DNA of 64,000 nucleotides from contig PBMR01000019.1 in the NCBI GenBank assembly GCA_002722735.1, forward strand, positions 4,746-68,745, written 5' to 3'. The DNA comes from Methanobacteriota archaeon (GTDB lineage Archaea; Thermoplasmatota; Poseidoniia; Poseidoniales; Thalassarchaeaceae). The notes under the pieces are model-generated. The model did no database searches. It was not told the DNA's origin and saw only the letters and a program-made list of their open reading frames with translations. Positions within the stretch are counted from its first letter, which is position 1. The number at the start of each line of letters is the position of its first letter. A program made the position numbers and the translations under genes. Positions 36,801-46,419 of the stretch are shown here, in pieces.

Positions 36801-38795
36801 GACCTTGCTATCAGGGAAGGGGCAATTGCAACGACTCCCGTCGTGCCACGTCCCTTTGAGCAGACCCTAGTCGAGGTTCGCGTCGACAACTTGGGATCTA
36901 GTGATGCCACGAGCGTAGAAGGGTCATTGGAGATCTTGACAGAGAGGGGTTGGGAGCAAGTCAGCACTGCAAGCGCTGCATTCATTCTGGGTGGATCGTA
37001 TGCACTTCTCTCATTCCTCCACACCCCCAACCAAACTGGCCCTCAGGACCTACGGGTCAACGTCGTGGTAGAGGCTACGGACATAGACTGGGCCAATAAT
37101 GTCCGCCAACAGACGATACTTGTCGACAGATCGACGTTGACGGGCCCGAGGGAGGCTGAATTCAACACGGGAGAGAGCCCCATTGAAATCATCAACCTAG
37201 ATGATGAGGAGGGCGGCCTAGTCATTACTGAGAAGGAAAGGACGCTCTACTTGTACAAACTCACACCGAACAAGGCTCTGGTAGCGTGCAGCAACATCAT
37301 GGAAGACCGGTGGTCGGGTGACATCGTAGTGAGAAGCACCGAAGATGGCATTGCCCACGTCCTGTGGACCAGGAGGTACCTCGACTCGAATGGCTTTCTG
37401 ATGCAGACCCTGAGTTATTCCACCATTGATTCCACTTGCAAGATGACTCCGATTCAGGACCTCATGAGAGGCATACCCCTCTCGGATGGCAAGTACTGGG
37501 GGATAGACATGGATGTTAGCGATAACGAGATTATCGTGGCTGGCTACCACCGAGACCTCTTCACAGGCGGTACCCTGGATGATACCACGAATATCTTCCT
37601 CCTCCATGCTGATGCGCCTACTTCCTCCTCCGACTGGCATCTTAATCCCAGCATCATTGCTGACATCGACGTCCCACCCTCGGCCTCTGACTCACTTGCC
37701 ATCGAGTTTGGCCACGAGCGCGCGCACCTCCTCTATCAGACCACTAGGAACGATTCCACAGGCAAAGAGAGGCTGGGGGTGTGGTACGCGCACGGCCTTA
37801 TCGAGCAATCGCCGTGGCCTTACAAGAAGGCGGTCGGTGACGAGGCTTCACTACCTCATATGGTGGTGATAGTCGAGGATGAGGAGGAGAGTATCGTAGC
37901 GCTCTGGAGAGAGGGCGGGGCCCAAGACTCAGTACTACTGGCAATAGTTGCTGATGCGACCTTCGAATCCCTGAATGGATTGGAGGAACGACTACCTGCT
38001 AGGGGGATGGGTGGCATCGGGATTGTTGGAACAGAGCGTGGAATCCAGGTTCTCTATGACCATGTGGGACCATCTGGACCCCAGGTAGAATACGGAATTA
38101 TTGATCATGAGGAAGGCTGGATCGGATTGTCGAACAGGATTTTGTCTGGCCAGATTGACCTTATTGACAGGTCCTCGGAGATGGGGGAGACCGTAATGAT
38201 TCTCTCGTCCTCGAGTGGATGGCAGATTCGGTCTCTCGTCGACGACGGGGGCGGGTCCAAGAAGGAGCAGGGCCTAATCGGCCAAGTAAGATCGTCCCTC
38301 GGGCTGGATGAGGCTAGCTTCGAGATTCTGGTGATAGGCGTCGCATTCGCTGTGCTGATCATGGGTGCTGTGGCATTGATCTCACTTTCTGCTCAGGGCC
38401 TCAGGTGGGTTGGCAGAAGGCGTGCGATCGAAGACGATGATGTCGTGCTGTTGGAGGACGACGTAGTGGATTTGATTGATTCCTCTGACCTTTCAGTAAG
38501 CTCAAGGGACGTGGAACTTGTTCAGCCTCTGGAGCCTGAGCAGGATCACCTAGGGGCAGAGGGTAGGAGGGCTCGAAGGGAACGTAGGAGTGAGTCGGGG
38601 ACCGTCGCTGATTCCTCTGATTTGGAAGAGATGGTTGCGAAGACCCCTCCTGTAATGTCAGTTGAGATGGCGGGTACTGCCTCGGTCTCGGTGAGCAGCC
38701 CCGCCGTGTGCAGCAACTGCGGGGGTCGATTCGTGGTCAATTCCAAACTTAGTTCGACTAGATGCCCGGTTTGCCAGGAAAGAGTCCACCTCTGA
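33828..38795 (+). CDS. Giant secreted S8 subtilase with Ig/CARDB domains, C-terminal TM and cytoplasmic zinc ribbon
   Basis: Signal peptide; IAIVDTG, GHGTHVAG, SGSSMSTPAVAG triad; CARDB-like PDL...VRNTG...IDP.NTIEE.D..NN; TM; CSNC..CPVC. Confidence 0.9.
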   Translation: MRDSASPFLPLMVACMVIVLDLSAGAVASIHPVGELDGMPSELRSSNPPALMCGLDPCPPKDRSPTHSPLDAGAQVQEFGWWLEFWSDADYNGMDDRLQLVLSGQRESVSKTAITGDDGRLTVAIIVHYAWHPGPSDIAALIDAISAHGWEDDGSWFMPMDHLDAIVLDHVPISALIGVWELDGVMLVEEQNVIVPYLAESARGSKVRNSGLYDGDTLRAIGYSGSGIVIAIVDTGVDNEHYSLDDFSDDNRDNEKDPDDLSDPKWVAGCDATGIGESGCSEEDPDDGDGHGTHVAGIALGTGDWNRHHQGYAPGSYLVDVKVMQDYGGGNSQSILAGLQWIINNHETDWGNNESSNGIDIVSMSFGQQSTPGGDNSDDGTSAEAQLVNQASDEGLVCVAAIGNDGENSVNSVGAADTAITVGWLDDENTIKRSDDSISSNSNYGPREDDGDGDSYDELKPWVVAPGEDVYSAKHGESSSILPGSEINRASGEYTSKSGSSMSTPAVAGMVAIMLEIGEVRGFDFMREGKGIWRSEAIMDYLMMHSESRGEETREHRGESWNNRYGFGIIDGGMVANGMLGVGQNDSGGPVPPLSGYWVDIESPPKFSWVIQEETYNLRGHINEHGEANGSIDEVLVKIEYKFKPSPNDPVSTATLVEWHNPIAPVGEGAFGISNWTTSFTVPSLSEDFSNLELIARVSARNDIGQWSNMTEFAYPIGTVNITLNSPSGQSPISGEVEVSGMFQSVGNATIQWRLDTDDWIDAATYDDGYHGRFGDWHDINHASSSENSEGHNDPNWRGHKYCVHQFKEWHGSSSGGECDDEDDGWEGWSFDWDSTQVKDGEYRISVRMLSATGVYAEEIRRFITVDNIPPTPDLVFVSKSISVQEFGIPMSEAYVNTFLEVRGTVRNTGDKAANDVGIILEEDGSRKDEYVIPNIDSGESLDVVLYWNPSSPHDASIAIIIDPLNTIEELDDSNNRLTGPFPVLPRPTGVDLAIREGAIATTPVVPRPFEQTLVEVRVDNLGSSDATSVEGSLEILTERGWEQVSTASAAFILGGSYALLSFLHTPNQTGPQDLRVNVVVEATDIDWANNVRQQTILVDRSTLTGPREAEFNTGESPIEIINLDDEEGGLVITEKERTLYLYKLTPNKALVACSNIMEDRWSGDIVVRSTEDGIAHVLWTRRYLDSNGFLMQTLSYSTIDSTCKMTPIQDLMRGIPLSDGKYWGIDMDVSDNEIIVAGYHRDLFTGGTLDDTTNIFLLHADAPTSSSDWHLNPSIIADIDVPPSASDSLAIEFGHERAHLLYQTTRNDSTGKERLGVWYAHGLIEQSPWPYKKAVGDEASLPHMVVIVEDEEESIVALWREGGAQDSVLLAIVADATFESLNGLEERLPARGMGGIGIVGTERGIQVLYDHVGPSGPQVEYGIIDHEEGWIGLSNRILSGQIDLIDRSSEMGETVMILSSSSGWQIRSLVDDGGGSKKEQGLIGQVRSSLGLDEASFEILVIGVAFAVLIMGAVALISLSAQGLRWVGRRRAIEDDDVVLLEDDVVDLIDSSDLSVSSRDVELVQPLEPEQDHLGAEGRRARRERRSESGTVADSSDLEEMVAKTPPVMSVEMAGTASVSVSSPAVCSNCGGRFVVNSKLSSTRCPVCQERVHL

Positions 38796-38804
38796 GGTTC
38801 CTGG

Positions 38805-39446
38805 ATGCCAGTGGTCCTCCTTGCCTCGGCCTCAGCGAGACGACGTGCCTGGCTCTCGGATCGATTGGAAGACACGACTGTGACATTGGAGGTCGCTTAC
38901 CTTCAGACCCCCGAGATCGCCCCTTCGCCGGGATTGGAAGTCAGAGTGCAGGTTGAGGAAACGTGCCTATCGAAGGCCAGTGCCGCGGTGATGGAGCTGA
39001 CGGTTGAAAACTCACGGGAATTGCCTGACTACGCACTCGTGGCAGACACCCTAGTAGAGGATCCTGATGACCCTCAGATGCCATTGGGGAAGGCACAGAA
39101 CAAAGCTAGTGCAACAGCCACACTGCTCAGGCTATCGGGAAGAAGGCATAGAGTATGGTCTTCCACGGCAATCCTACACCCGCCGAACGGGGTCCGGGGC
39201 ACTGTGGTGCTTGACGGTGGTTGGACAGCGGACATTTGGACCGAGTCCTCCATCGTCGAGTTCGACGAGATGGATGATGAGAGGGTAATTGAACTGATAG
39301 AGGGCGAATCCTGGAAGGGGAAGGCGGGAAGTTATGACCTAGCTGGTGAGGCAGGTTCGAACCTTGAGCTAGTTGAGGGTGAGGAAGTAACGGTCCTGGG
39401 CTTCGCGCCGAATGCCATCGAGTTCCTCATCGGAATGATTGGTTAG
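38805..39446 (+). CDS. maf: Maf family nucleotide pyrophosphatase
   Basis: LLASASARR, SKA, VADTLV, LGK, LSGRRHRV, KAGSY. Confidence 0.88.
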   Translation: MPVVLLASASARRRAWLSDRLEDTTVTLEVAYLQTPEIAPSPGLEVRVQVEETCLSKASAAVMELTVENSRELPDYALVADTLVEDPDDPQMPLGKAQNKASATATLLRLSGRRHRVWSSTAILHPPNGVRGTVVLDGGWTADIWTESSIVEFDEMDDERVIELIEGESWKGKAGSYDLAGEAGSNLELVEGEEVTVLGFAPNAIEFLIGMIG

Positions 39447-39940
39447 GCGAATACAACGCCACCGTGCTTGAGGACAAATTCCCTCTGGAGATCGTCGAAC
39501 CACTCAAGCATAGCGAGGCTGAAACGCACTGAGGCGATTTCGGCATCCGCCAAGAGGTCGTCCTGGATTCCCCTGAGCGTACCGGGGGCAGCGCCGCAGG
39601 ATACGCAAGCACCATCCAAGTCCAGAATCAGGGACAGAGCCGAGTCTCCACTGCGAATCTCCTCGATTACCGCCTCGGTAATCACCAGCCCCCCTCCATG
39701 GCCATCCAGAGCAGCTCTGACTGGGCCCAATCTGGCCATCAGAGCAGGGACCAAGTCAGCGTCGCCGATCTCTACGAGATCAACAAGGGATAGCGACTCC
39801 AGACGAGCGATCTCGAGGGGGTCGTGTGCTTCTGCAATCCTCCTTTGGGATTCCTTCCGCATAGCGGCCTCGATCTGCGCCCCGTAAGACTCCTCGAGGC
39901 TGTCCGATGAGGATTTGGAGGGATCCTCGCCGGATTTCAT
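39443..39940 (-). CDS. NifU C-terminal/NfuA-like Fe-S carrier
   Basis: PVRAALDGHGGG...LDGACVSC...TL.GI; divergent from sufC. Confidence 0.85.
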   Translation of the reverse strand: MKSGEDPSKSSSDSLEESYGAQIEAAMRKESQRRIAEAHDPLEIARLESLSLVDLVEIGDADLVPALMARLGPVRAALDGHGGGLVITEAVIEEIRSGDSALSLILDLDGACVSCGAAPGTLRGIQDDLLADAEIASVRFSLAMLEWFDDLQREFVLKHGGVVFA

Positions 39941-40033
39941 GCAATGGCGAGCAAGTTATCGGATTTAGGGTCACCTAAACCAAGGGCAGACATCAAAAGG
40001 GGACTATGTTCAGCGTGGTCAGGGAGGGAGTTA

Positions 40034-40810
40034 GTGGGTCAGGTTACGCCATTATTGGAAATCCGCAATCTGCATGCGGGAATCGGTGAATCACCAATTC
40101 TCAAGGGTATCGACCTAGTGATCAATCCTGGGGAAATCCATGCAATCATGGGACGAAACGGCAGTGGCAAGACGACCACTGCGAACATCATAATGGGCCA
40201 CCCCGACTATGAGGTCGAGCAGGGCGATGTGCTTCTCTCAGGAGAGGACCTGTTGGAGCTAGAGCCGTGGGAGAGGGCGCGCTCGGGGGTGTTCCTCTCC
40301 TTTCAGTACCCGCAAGCCATCCCTGGCCTGCAAGTGGGAAATTTCCTCAGAAAATCGGTCAGCAGCATCAAAGGGGATGAAGCGGCCAAGGGTGCGGAGT
40401 TCAGAAGCACTCTGAAGGATGCAATGAAGGCCCTCGACATTCCTCGCAGTTTCCTGTCTCGATACGTCAACGATGGTTTCAGCGGAGGCGAGAAGAAGCG
40501 TTTCGAAATTCTTCAGTTGCTGCTCCTAAAACCAAAGCTAGCAGTATTGGATGAGACGGACAGCGGACTTGACATCGATGGCATCAGGACGGTCGCTGCT
40601 GGCGTCAACTCGGCTGTCAGGGGGACTTCGACTGGGGCCCTGATCATCACACATTACTCCAGAATCCTCGAGCATGTCCGGCCAGATAGGATACATGTCC
40701 TGATGGGAGGGAGGATTGTTGCCTCAGGAGGGCCTGAGCTGGCCATTAAACTGGAAGAGAAGGGCTACGAATGGCTAGAGGTGAAATCTAAGGCGGAGGG
40801 ATGTGCGTGA
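40034..40810 (+). CDS. sufC: Fe-S assembly ATPase SufC
   Basis: [43 protein letters not shown]. Confidence 0.96.
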   Translation: MGQVTPLLEIRNLHAGIGESPILKGIDLVINPGEIHAIMGRNGSGKTTTANIIMGHPDYEVEQGDVLLSGEDLLELEPWERARSGVFLSFQYPQAIPGLQVGNFLRKSVSSIKGDEAAKGAEFRSTLKDAMKALDIPRSFLSRYVNDGFSGGEKKRFEILQLLLLKPKLAVLDETDSGLDIDGIRTVAAGVNSAVRGTSTGALIITHYSRILEHVRPDRIHVLMGGRIVASGGPELAIKLEEKGYEWLEVKSKAEGCA

Positions 40811-42219
40811 CCGTCAATCGGGAAGCGAGAGAGGCTGTCGGCGACTACAAGGCCGGATGGCATGACCCTGAGAACTCGACCATCCGCTTCGACTTCGGTC
40901 TCTCCGAGGAAGTCGTTCGTGAAATCTCGGCCCTCAAGGGCGAGCCAGGGTGGATGACAGAGACACGGGTCAAGGCCTACAGGCACTTCGTTGAGAGGCC
41001 CATGCCCACTTGGGGGAATACGCACGTCCTCGAGGATATCGACTTCGACGGCATTTGCTACTACCTTCGCTCCTCGGATGCGACCGAGAAGGAATGGGAA
41101 GACGTGCCGGAGGACATCCGCAACACCTTCGACAGGCTGGGCATCCCTGAGGCCGAGCAGAAGTGGCTCTCAGGAGTGACAGCGCAGTATGAGTCGGAGG
41201 CCGTCTACCACAGTATCCGCGAGGACCTCGAGAAGCAGGGCGTCATCTTCCTGGACATGGACAGTGGACTGCGAGAGCACCCAGACATCGTCAGAAAGTG
41301 GTTCTGCTCAGTAGTACCCCTGACGGATAACAAGTTCGCGGCCCTGAACACTGCGGTTTGGTCCGGTGGCTCATTCATCTACATCCCCAAGGGAGTTCAT
41401 GTCGAGATGCCCGTCCAAGCCTACTTTCGCATCAACGCCAAGAACATGGGCCAGTTCGAACGGACTCTGATTATCGCCGATGAGGGCAGCAGCGTGCACT
41501 ACGTAGAGGGTTGCACCGCACCGACCTACTCGACTGATTCGCTGCACTCCGCCGTAGTCGAGCTCATTGCGCTACCCGGAGCCCACATACGCTATTCGAC
41601 GGTTCAGAATTGGAGTACTAACGTTTACAACCTCGTGACCAAGAGGGGTATCGCGCATGAGAAGGCCAAGATAGAGTGGGTCGACGGCAATATCGGCAGC
41701 AAGCTGACGATGAAGTATCCGGCTGTGATTCTCAAAGGCGAGGGGAGTCATGCAGAGGTAATCTCGGTGGCGTACTCGGGCGAGGGACAGCATCAGGATG
41801 CTGGTGCGAAGATCCATCACCTCGCCTCGAACACCACAAGCAAGATTCTCTCAAAGAGCATAAGCAAGAACGGTGGACGCGGTTCCTACCGGGGCCTGGT
41901 CAAAGTGTCCCCCAAAGCGAAGAACTGCAAACTCAACGTAGTCTGCGATGCCCTCATTCTAGACGAGCAGAGTCGATCTGATACATACCCCACCATGGAG
42001 GTCGCCAACCCGACTGCACGCTGTGAACACGAGGCGAGCGTATCGAAGGTGAGTGACAATCAACTGTTCTACCTAATGAGTCGCGGTCACTCCGAGGAGG
42101 AGGCTCTGGCGATGATCGTCAATGGCTTCTTCGAGCCATTCACCCGTGAACTCCCAATGGAGTACGCCGTCGAGCTGAACCAGCTGATGGCCCTCGAGAT
42201 GGAAGGCAGCATAGGCTGA
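40807..42219 (+). CDS. sufB: Fe-S scaffold SufB
   Basis: [50 protein letters not shown]. Confidence 0.97.
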   Translation: MTVNREAREAVGDYKAGWHDPENSTIRFDFGLSEEVVREISALKGEPGWMTETRVKAYRHFVERPMPTWGNTHVLEDIDFDGICYYLRSSDATEKEWEDVPEDIRNTFDRLGIPEAEQKWLSGVTAQYESEAVYHSIREDLEKQGVIFLDMDSGLREHPDIVRKWFCSVVPLTDNKFAALNTAVWSGGSFIYIPKGVHVEMPVQAYFRINAKNMGQFERTLIIADEGSSVHYVEGCTAPTYSTDSLHSAVVELIALPGAHIRYSTVQNWSTNVYNLVTKRGIAHEKAKIEWVDGNIGSKLTMKYPAVILKGEGSHAEVISVAYSGEGQHQDAGAKIHHLASNTTSKILSKSISKNGGRGSYRGLVKVSPKAKNCKLNVVCDALILDEQSRSDTYPTMEVANPTARCEHEASVSKVSDNQLFYLMSRGHSEEEALAMIVNGFFEPFTRELPMEYAVELNQLMALEMEGSIG

Positions 42220-42228
42220 GGTGGGCGA

Positions 42229-43347
42229 TTGGACACAGCCTCGGAGTACCTTTCGCTCGACGAACCCGATAGGTCCAGCCACCTGTGGAGGTACACACCG
42301 TGGCGCAGAGTCCACCCCACTGGTGATGTCGCATGCATTCCAGAGGTGGGATCACCATCTTTGAGACTCACCGACCTCGATGGCAACGCTGCTCCCAATG
42401 GAATCAGGCTGGAGAAGGGCATCGTGCCCTTCTCAGGACTGCCCCAGAATGATCCCATCACCAACTCCTTCCTGCAAGCTGCCTCGGCCGGTTCTCAATG
42501 GACCCTGATCATCGATCCGAACTTCTCCTCAATTGGCCCTCTATTGCTAGACATAGATTCGGGTGATTCCTCATCGGCCCTGCATCTCTCGCTCGATGTC
42601 GGGAGATTGTCCGAACTGGAGATTATCACCCGCGTGACTGGCTGCAGTGAGTGGTTCGGCCTTCTACGCACCGGAGAGATTGGGGAAGGGGCCATCCTCA
42701 ACGATGTAGTGGCTTGCACGAAGGATAAGGGGACTTTGCTCCGCGTGGATTCAATTTCCTTAGGCAGGGACGCACGGGTAAGGGCAGGAACGGCGTCTTT
42801 CGGTTCAGAGCGCACCAAAGCAGACCTGCGATACATGATGGGAGAATCCGGTAGTGACCTCAGGGTTCTCGGGTCGATACTGTCTGCCGATACTATGCAA
42901 TTGGATCACCATGTGGAAATATACCACGATGCTCCAGAGACTTTCAGTCGACTGGCCTGGCACTCGGTGTGTGGGGGTTGTAGCAGGACCGTCGGAACGG
43001 GGATGCTCAGGATCGCCGATGGCTCACGTGGTGCGGATGCTTCCCAGACATTCCACAATCTGCTTCTTTCCAAGGATGCCGAGGCAGACTCGATACCCGA
43101 ATTGGAAGTTCTGGAGCACGAGGTCGTGGGATGCGGTCATGGGACAGCGAACGGACCTATTGACCAAGATCAGCTCTTCTACCTGGGTGCTAGGGGGCTC
43201 GACCCATCGGATGCCAGAATCGCCCTGATCACCGCTTTCCTCAATTCGACTCTCTCTGAAATGGGCAGTAGCACCCTCCATGACTGGTTGGTCGAGTTGC
43301 TGGTTGGTGAATTGGAGTCACTTGTGCTTGACCCATTGGAAAATTAG
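42229..43347 (+). CDS. sufD: SufD
   Basis: WRYT, NLLLS..AEADSIPELEV....V.CGHG, QLFYL..RG. Confidence 0.9.
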   Translation: MDTASEYLSLDEPDRSSHLWRYTPWRRVHPTGDVACIPEVGSPSLRLTDLDGNAAPNGIRLEKGIVPFSGLPQNDPITNSFLQAASAGSQWTLIIDPNFSSIGPLLLDIDSGDSSSALHLSLDVGRLSELEIITRVTGCSEWFGLLRTGEIGEGAILNDVVACTKDKGTLLRVDSISLGRDARVRAGTASFGSERTKADLRYMMGESGSDLRVLGSILSADTMQLDHHVEIYHDAPETFSRLAWHSVCGGCSRTVGTGMLRIADGSRGADASQTFHNLLLSKDAEADSIPELEVLEHEVVGCGHGTANGPIDQDQLFYLGARGLDPSDARIALITAFLNSTLSEMGSSTLHDWLVELLVGELESLVLDPLEN

Positions 43348-43542
43348 GCTGAACGATTCCTGTAACTGGATAGCAGGGGTCTATCAGAAGGTCTGAAGCG
43401 AGGTCGAATGCGAAGCGTCCCTGCTCGTTACCAAGCCATGCCTGATTGCCTTGGAGTATCCAAGTCCCTCCACGCATCTGCGAACATGGGCATGCACATG
43501 ATACCAAATGGTGAAATCAGGGCTTTGGCTCGAGTAATTGGG

Positions 43543-44313
43543 ATGACGGAGATTGAAGTGATTGTCTCGAAGTTGAAGAATGGGCTCACTGATAGGCAGC
43601 GCGAGGTGAAGATTTCCATTATTCTCACAGGTATTGCCGGGGGTTACCTACTCCTCTGCCTTGTCGCACCTGCTACAATTGCCTCCGACACGGTTCCAGA
43701 ACTATCGGGAAGGGCGAATGCCATCGACTATGCCAATCACGACAGTTGGGGCAATAAGGACCATGGCGAAGGTTCGACACTCGGGCATGACCAATCCCTC
43801 CATGGGGGTAGCTTCGCTTGGACCGATCTCAATCCTGCTTGGGCCTCAGTATACGCGATAGGGGACTTAAATTGCCACCAGAAGCACCAGAGATCCTGGG
43901 AGGTTAACGGCAATCAAATGCCAGTTTGCGTTAGGGACATCGGAATAATGCTAGGCTTCGCCATTGGGAGCGCAATTTTCGGATATAGGGGATTGAACAG
44001 GTGGACGGTTCGCGACACCTTCCTCTCAGTCCTGCCCGATGAACGCCTTACTGCCCTCTATGCGAGGGATTCGAGACTAATTGCGGTAATCGTGATAATG
44101 TGCATTGGCCTAGTGCCAATGGCCATCGATGGTTTCACCCAATTGCTCATGGGTTCCTACGAGTCCACGAATCCGGTCAGACTAGTCACGGGCTTCGCTG
44201 CCGGGCTCGTCGCTGGGTGGTGGTTCACCTCAGCTTTCGCTGCAAGGCCGAAGTTCTTCGAGGGAGCCAGCGAAGTGACCCTCCCAGCCGATGCTAGGCT
44301 CGTAATCAAGTAG
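43543..44313 (+). CDS. DUF2085-like membrane protein
   Basis: NCHQ...RS.....QMPVCVRD.G, PMAIDGFTQL...YESTN..RL.TG; start uncertain. Confidence 0.8.
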   Translation: MTEIEVIVSKLKNGLTDRQREVKISIILTGIAGGYLLLCLVAPATIASDTVPELSGRANAIDYANHDSWGNKDHGEGSTLGHDQSLHGGSFAWTDLNPAWASVYAIGDLNCHQKHQRSWEVNGNQMPVCVRDIGIMLGFAIGSAIFGYRGLNRWTVRDTFLSVLPDERLTALYARDSRLIAVIVIMCIGLVPMAIDGFTQLLMGSYESTNPVRLVTGFAAGLVAGWWFTSAFAARPKFFEGASEVTLPADARLVIK

Positions 44314-44319
44314 TCGGGC

Positions 44320-45660
44320 TCACTTTCCCAGCCACCAGTCGATTAGGCCATCCTCGTCACTCGGTGGTGATTTGCCGTCAATGCCACAACCGAGGAGTGA
44401 GAGTCGGGAGATGGTGGCATGAACAGATGATGTATGCCCACCTGTCCTGATGATCTGCCCCAAGGAGAAGCGCAGATGGGTATTGGGATTGGAAAGTTGC
44501 CATTTCCTGATGGCACTTCGGAACGGCCATATCGAGAGCAGCAGTCTCCCATAGGAAAAGTGCTCGTCCTTCAGCTGAGAACGGGGAGCCTCCCTTCCAA
44601 TCAGCGACTTGTTCTGGGACACCCACCCATAACTATCATGTAGAAACTTGACTATTCTTTGGCAATGTCGTTTGGAAACGCATCTCACAGGCCCCATTGA
44701 TGAACGGATCTCGGAGATATCGGCAGTATGTACCAGTGAAAACGTCCCACAAACGGAGGACATTGAGTGATTCAAGATATTCTTGGGCATTTCTAGTGTA
44801 TTCCCCCCTGATGCAGAGGCGAGAACCACCTCATGCTTCTCTTGGGCGGATTTCAGAACCTTCCAAGGGGCATCCCCATCGAGCCAATCCGACCTGTTCT
44901 TGGCTGGCTCGACGCCTAAATCGGTAAGGGTGCTTTGCCCCATCGAGAGCCTCAGTAGTTGCCGAATCTGATACTGATCGACGGCCTCTGAGTCCACGTT
45001 GATCGGCGCCGGCCTTCTGTGCAGAAAGGCCCTGATGCCTTCGATGAGACTGTGTCGGAACTCCTTCTCGGTGCCCTCGTTCGAGATTGGACCAATAATT
45101 GCACCCATGTCGAATGGGGTGGGCATTTCCATGTTCCCCGAGAGCAGGGCGCGGTACCCTTCCCTGATCCTAGTTTGAAACTCCGTGGTCTCGAAGTACT
45201 CTTCCTTGTTCGAGACCCCTCTTAGCGTCTCATTCCTGATTCTTCTCAATGCCAGTTCCGGTTCACAATCTACCCAGATGCACAGATCGGGGACCAATGC
45301 AGCGGCATTCATGTGCGCGACCCTGCTAATTCCCAAATCGCCGACTATCCCCTGATAAACAAGAGATGAGTGGATATTTCTCTCGCTTACGACGGCCCTT
45401 CCCTCTAGAAGCCGGGAGAGGATCCAGCCGTGGGAGTGGTCTAGCCTGTCCGCAGCGAATAGTCCGGCCTCCTGCTCAGGAGTCATGGACCTCTTCCTCA
45501 CGGACTCGATTGCTAGGCGTCCTAGGGGGTGCTCGCGTCGCGGCTCGCTAGTAGTCTCTACTGAGGAGAATGCGAACTCTCGTTCCAGCACTTCTGAAAC
45601 GATCTTGGTTGCCATGCCCTTGCCGCTACCATCCCCGCCCTCTATCGAGAAAAGATACAT
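44320..45660 (-). CDS. tmk: Thymidylate kinase with long C-terminal extension
   Basis: IEGGDGSGK, EP, FAADRLDH, ERNIHSSLVYQG, PDL, FE..EFQ.RIR.GY. Confidence 0.88.
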   Translation of the reverse strand: MYLFSIEGGDGSGKGMATKIVSEVLEREFAFSSVETTSEPRREHPLGRLAIESVRKRSMTPEQEAGLFAADRLDHSHGWILSRLLEGRAVVSERNIHSSLVYQGIVGDLGISRVAHMNAAALVPDLCIWVDCEPELALRRIRNETLRGVSNKEEYFETTEFQTRIREGYRALLSGNMEMPTPFDMGAIIGPISNEGTEKEFRHSLIEGIRAFLHRRPAPINVDSEAVDQYQIRQLLRLSMGQSTLTDLGVEPAKNRSDWLDGDAPWKVLKSAQEKHEVVLASASGGNTLEMPKNILNHSMSSVCGTFSLVHTADISEIRSSMGPVRCVSKRHCQRIVKFLHDSYGWVSQNKSLIGREAPRSQLKDEHFSYGRLLLSIWPFRSAIRKWQLSNPNTHLRFSLGQIIRTGGHTSSVHATISRLSLLGCGIDGKSPPSDEDGLIDWWLGK

Positions 45661-45678
45661 GCAAGACCCCTAGTCCAC

Positions 45679-46419
45679 CTATTGGGCATCTCCCGAAAAC
45701 TGTTCCTTTGAAAGGGTGACTAGCCCCATGCCCAGCAGAATCAGCAAAGGGCCGACGAAGATCATCCCCCTGCTCCAGAGTCCTACGAAGGCCAACCACC
45801 ATGACCTGCGGTAGCTGTTCCCCCTATATGCCTCAAATCCACCAATTAGCCCAGCTAGGCCGGCAAGTAAGGTCAGTACGGCTATCGCGGTGGCGAACAA
45901 CACCGACTCCCCGAGATGGCTCTCCCCCCTCATGTCGATGACCTGCTCGCCATCACCCGGAGCCAGGGTAACGACAATCTGTGCATGATCGCCGGGCACC
46001 ATGAATACACTAGTCGTGTTGTTTCCAGGATGGCTGACATAAATTATCGAGGATTCTCGAAGGACGTCGGGGATGGTGAAGCGGCCATTGGAGTCAGTCA
46101 GTGCCTCCTTTCCCGTCGTCGAGCCATCATCGTAGAGCAGCCTTACTCTGACACCTTCCACCGGGTCGCCTCCGGTTGTGTTGTCAATCAACGCCGAGTT
46201 GACGATGCCTGAGACATCAGCGTAAGTGTCAGTAGAATCTAGCCTGCCAGAGAGCAGCTCCCCGGGATTTGCAGAAATTAGCATGATTCCGAGTTGGGCC
46301 CCCAGTAAGCTGCCGAGAATGATGAGGATTGCCCCCGCGGCCCTAGTAGCCGGATCAACAGCCATATCTCCCAGCAGGTACTCGAGGTCGGCCCCCTCTT
46401 GTTCCTCGCTCAGGCCCAT
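45679..46419 (-). CDS. Membrane protein with carboxypeptidase-regulatory-like (prealbumin-like) domain
   Basis: TM; VSGIV...GDPVEGVRV....TDSNGRFTI; C-terminal TMs. Confidence 0.7.
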   Translation of the reverse strand: MGLSEEQEGADLEYLLGDMAVDPATRAAGAILIILGSLLGAQLGIMLISANPGELLSGRLDSTDTYADVSGIVNSALIDNTTGGDPVEGVRVRLLYDDGSTTGKEALTDSNGRFTIPDVLRESSIIYVSHPGNNTTSVFMVPGDHAQIVVTLAPGDGEQVIDMRGESHLGESVLFATAIAVLTLLAGLAGLIGGFEAYRGNSYRRSWWLAFVGLWSRGMIFVGPLLILLGMGLVTLSKEQFSGDAQ

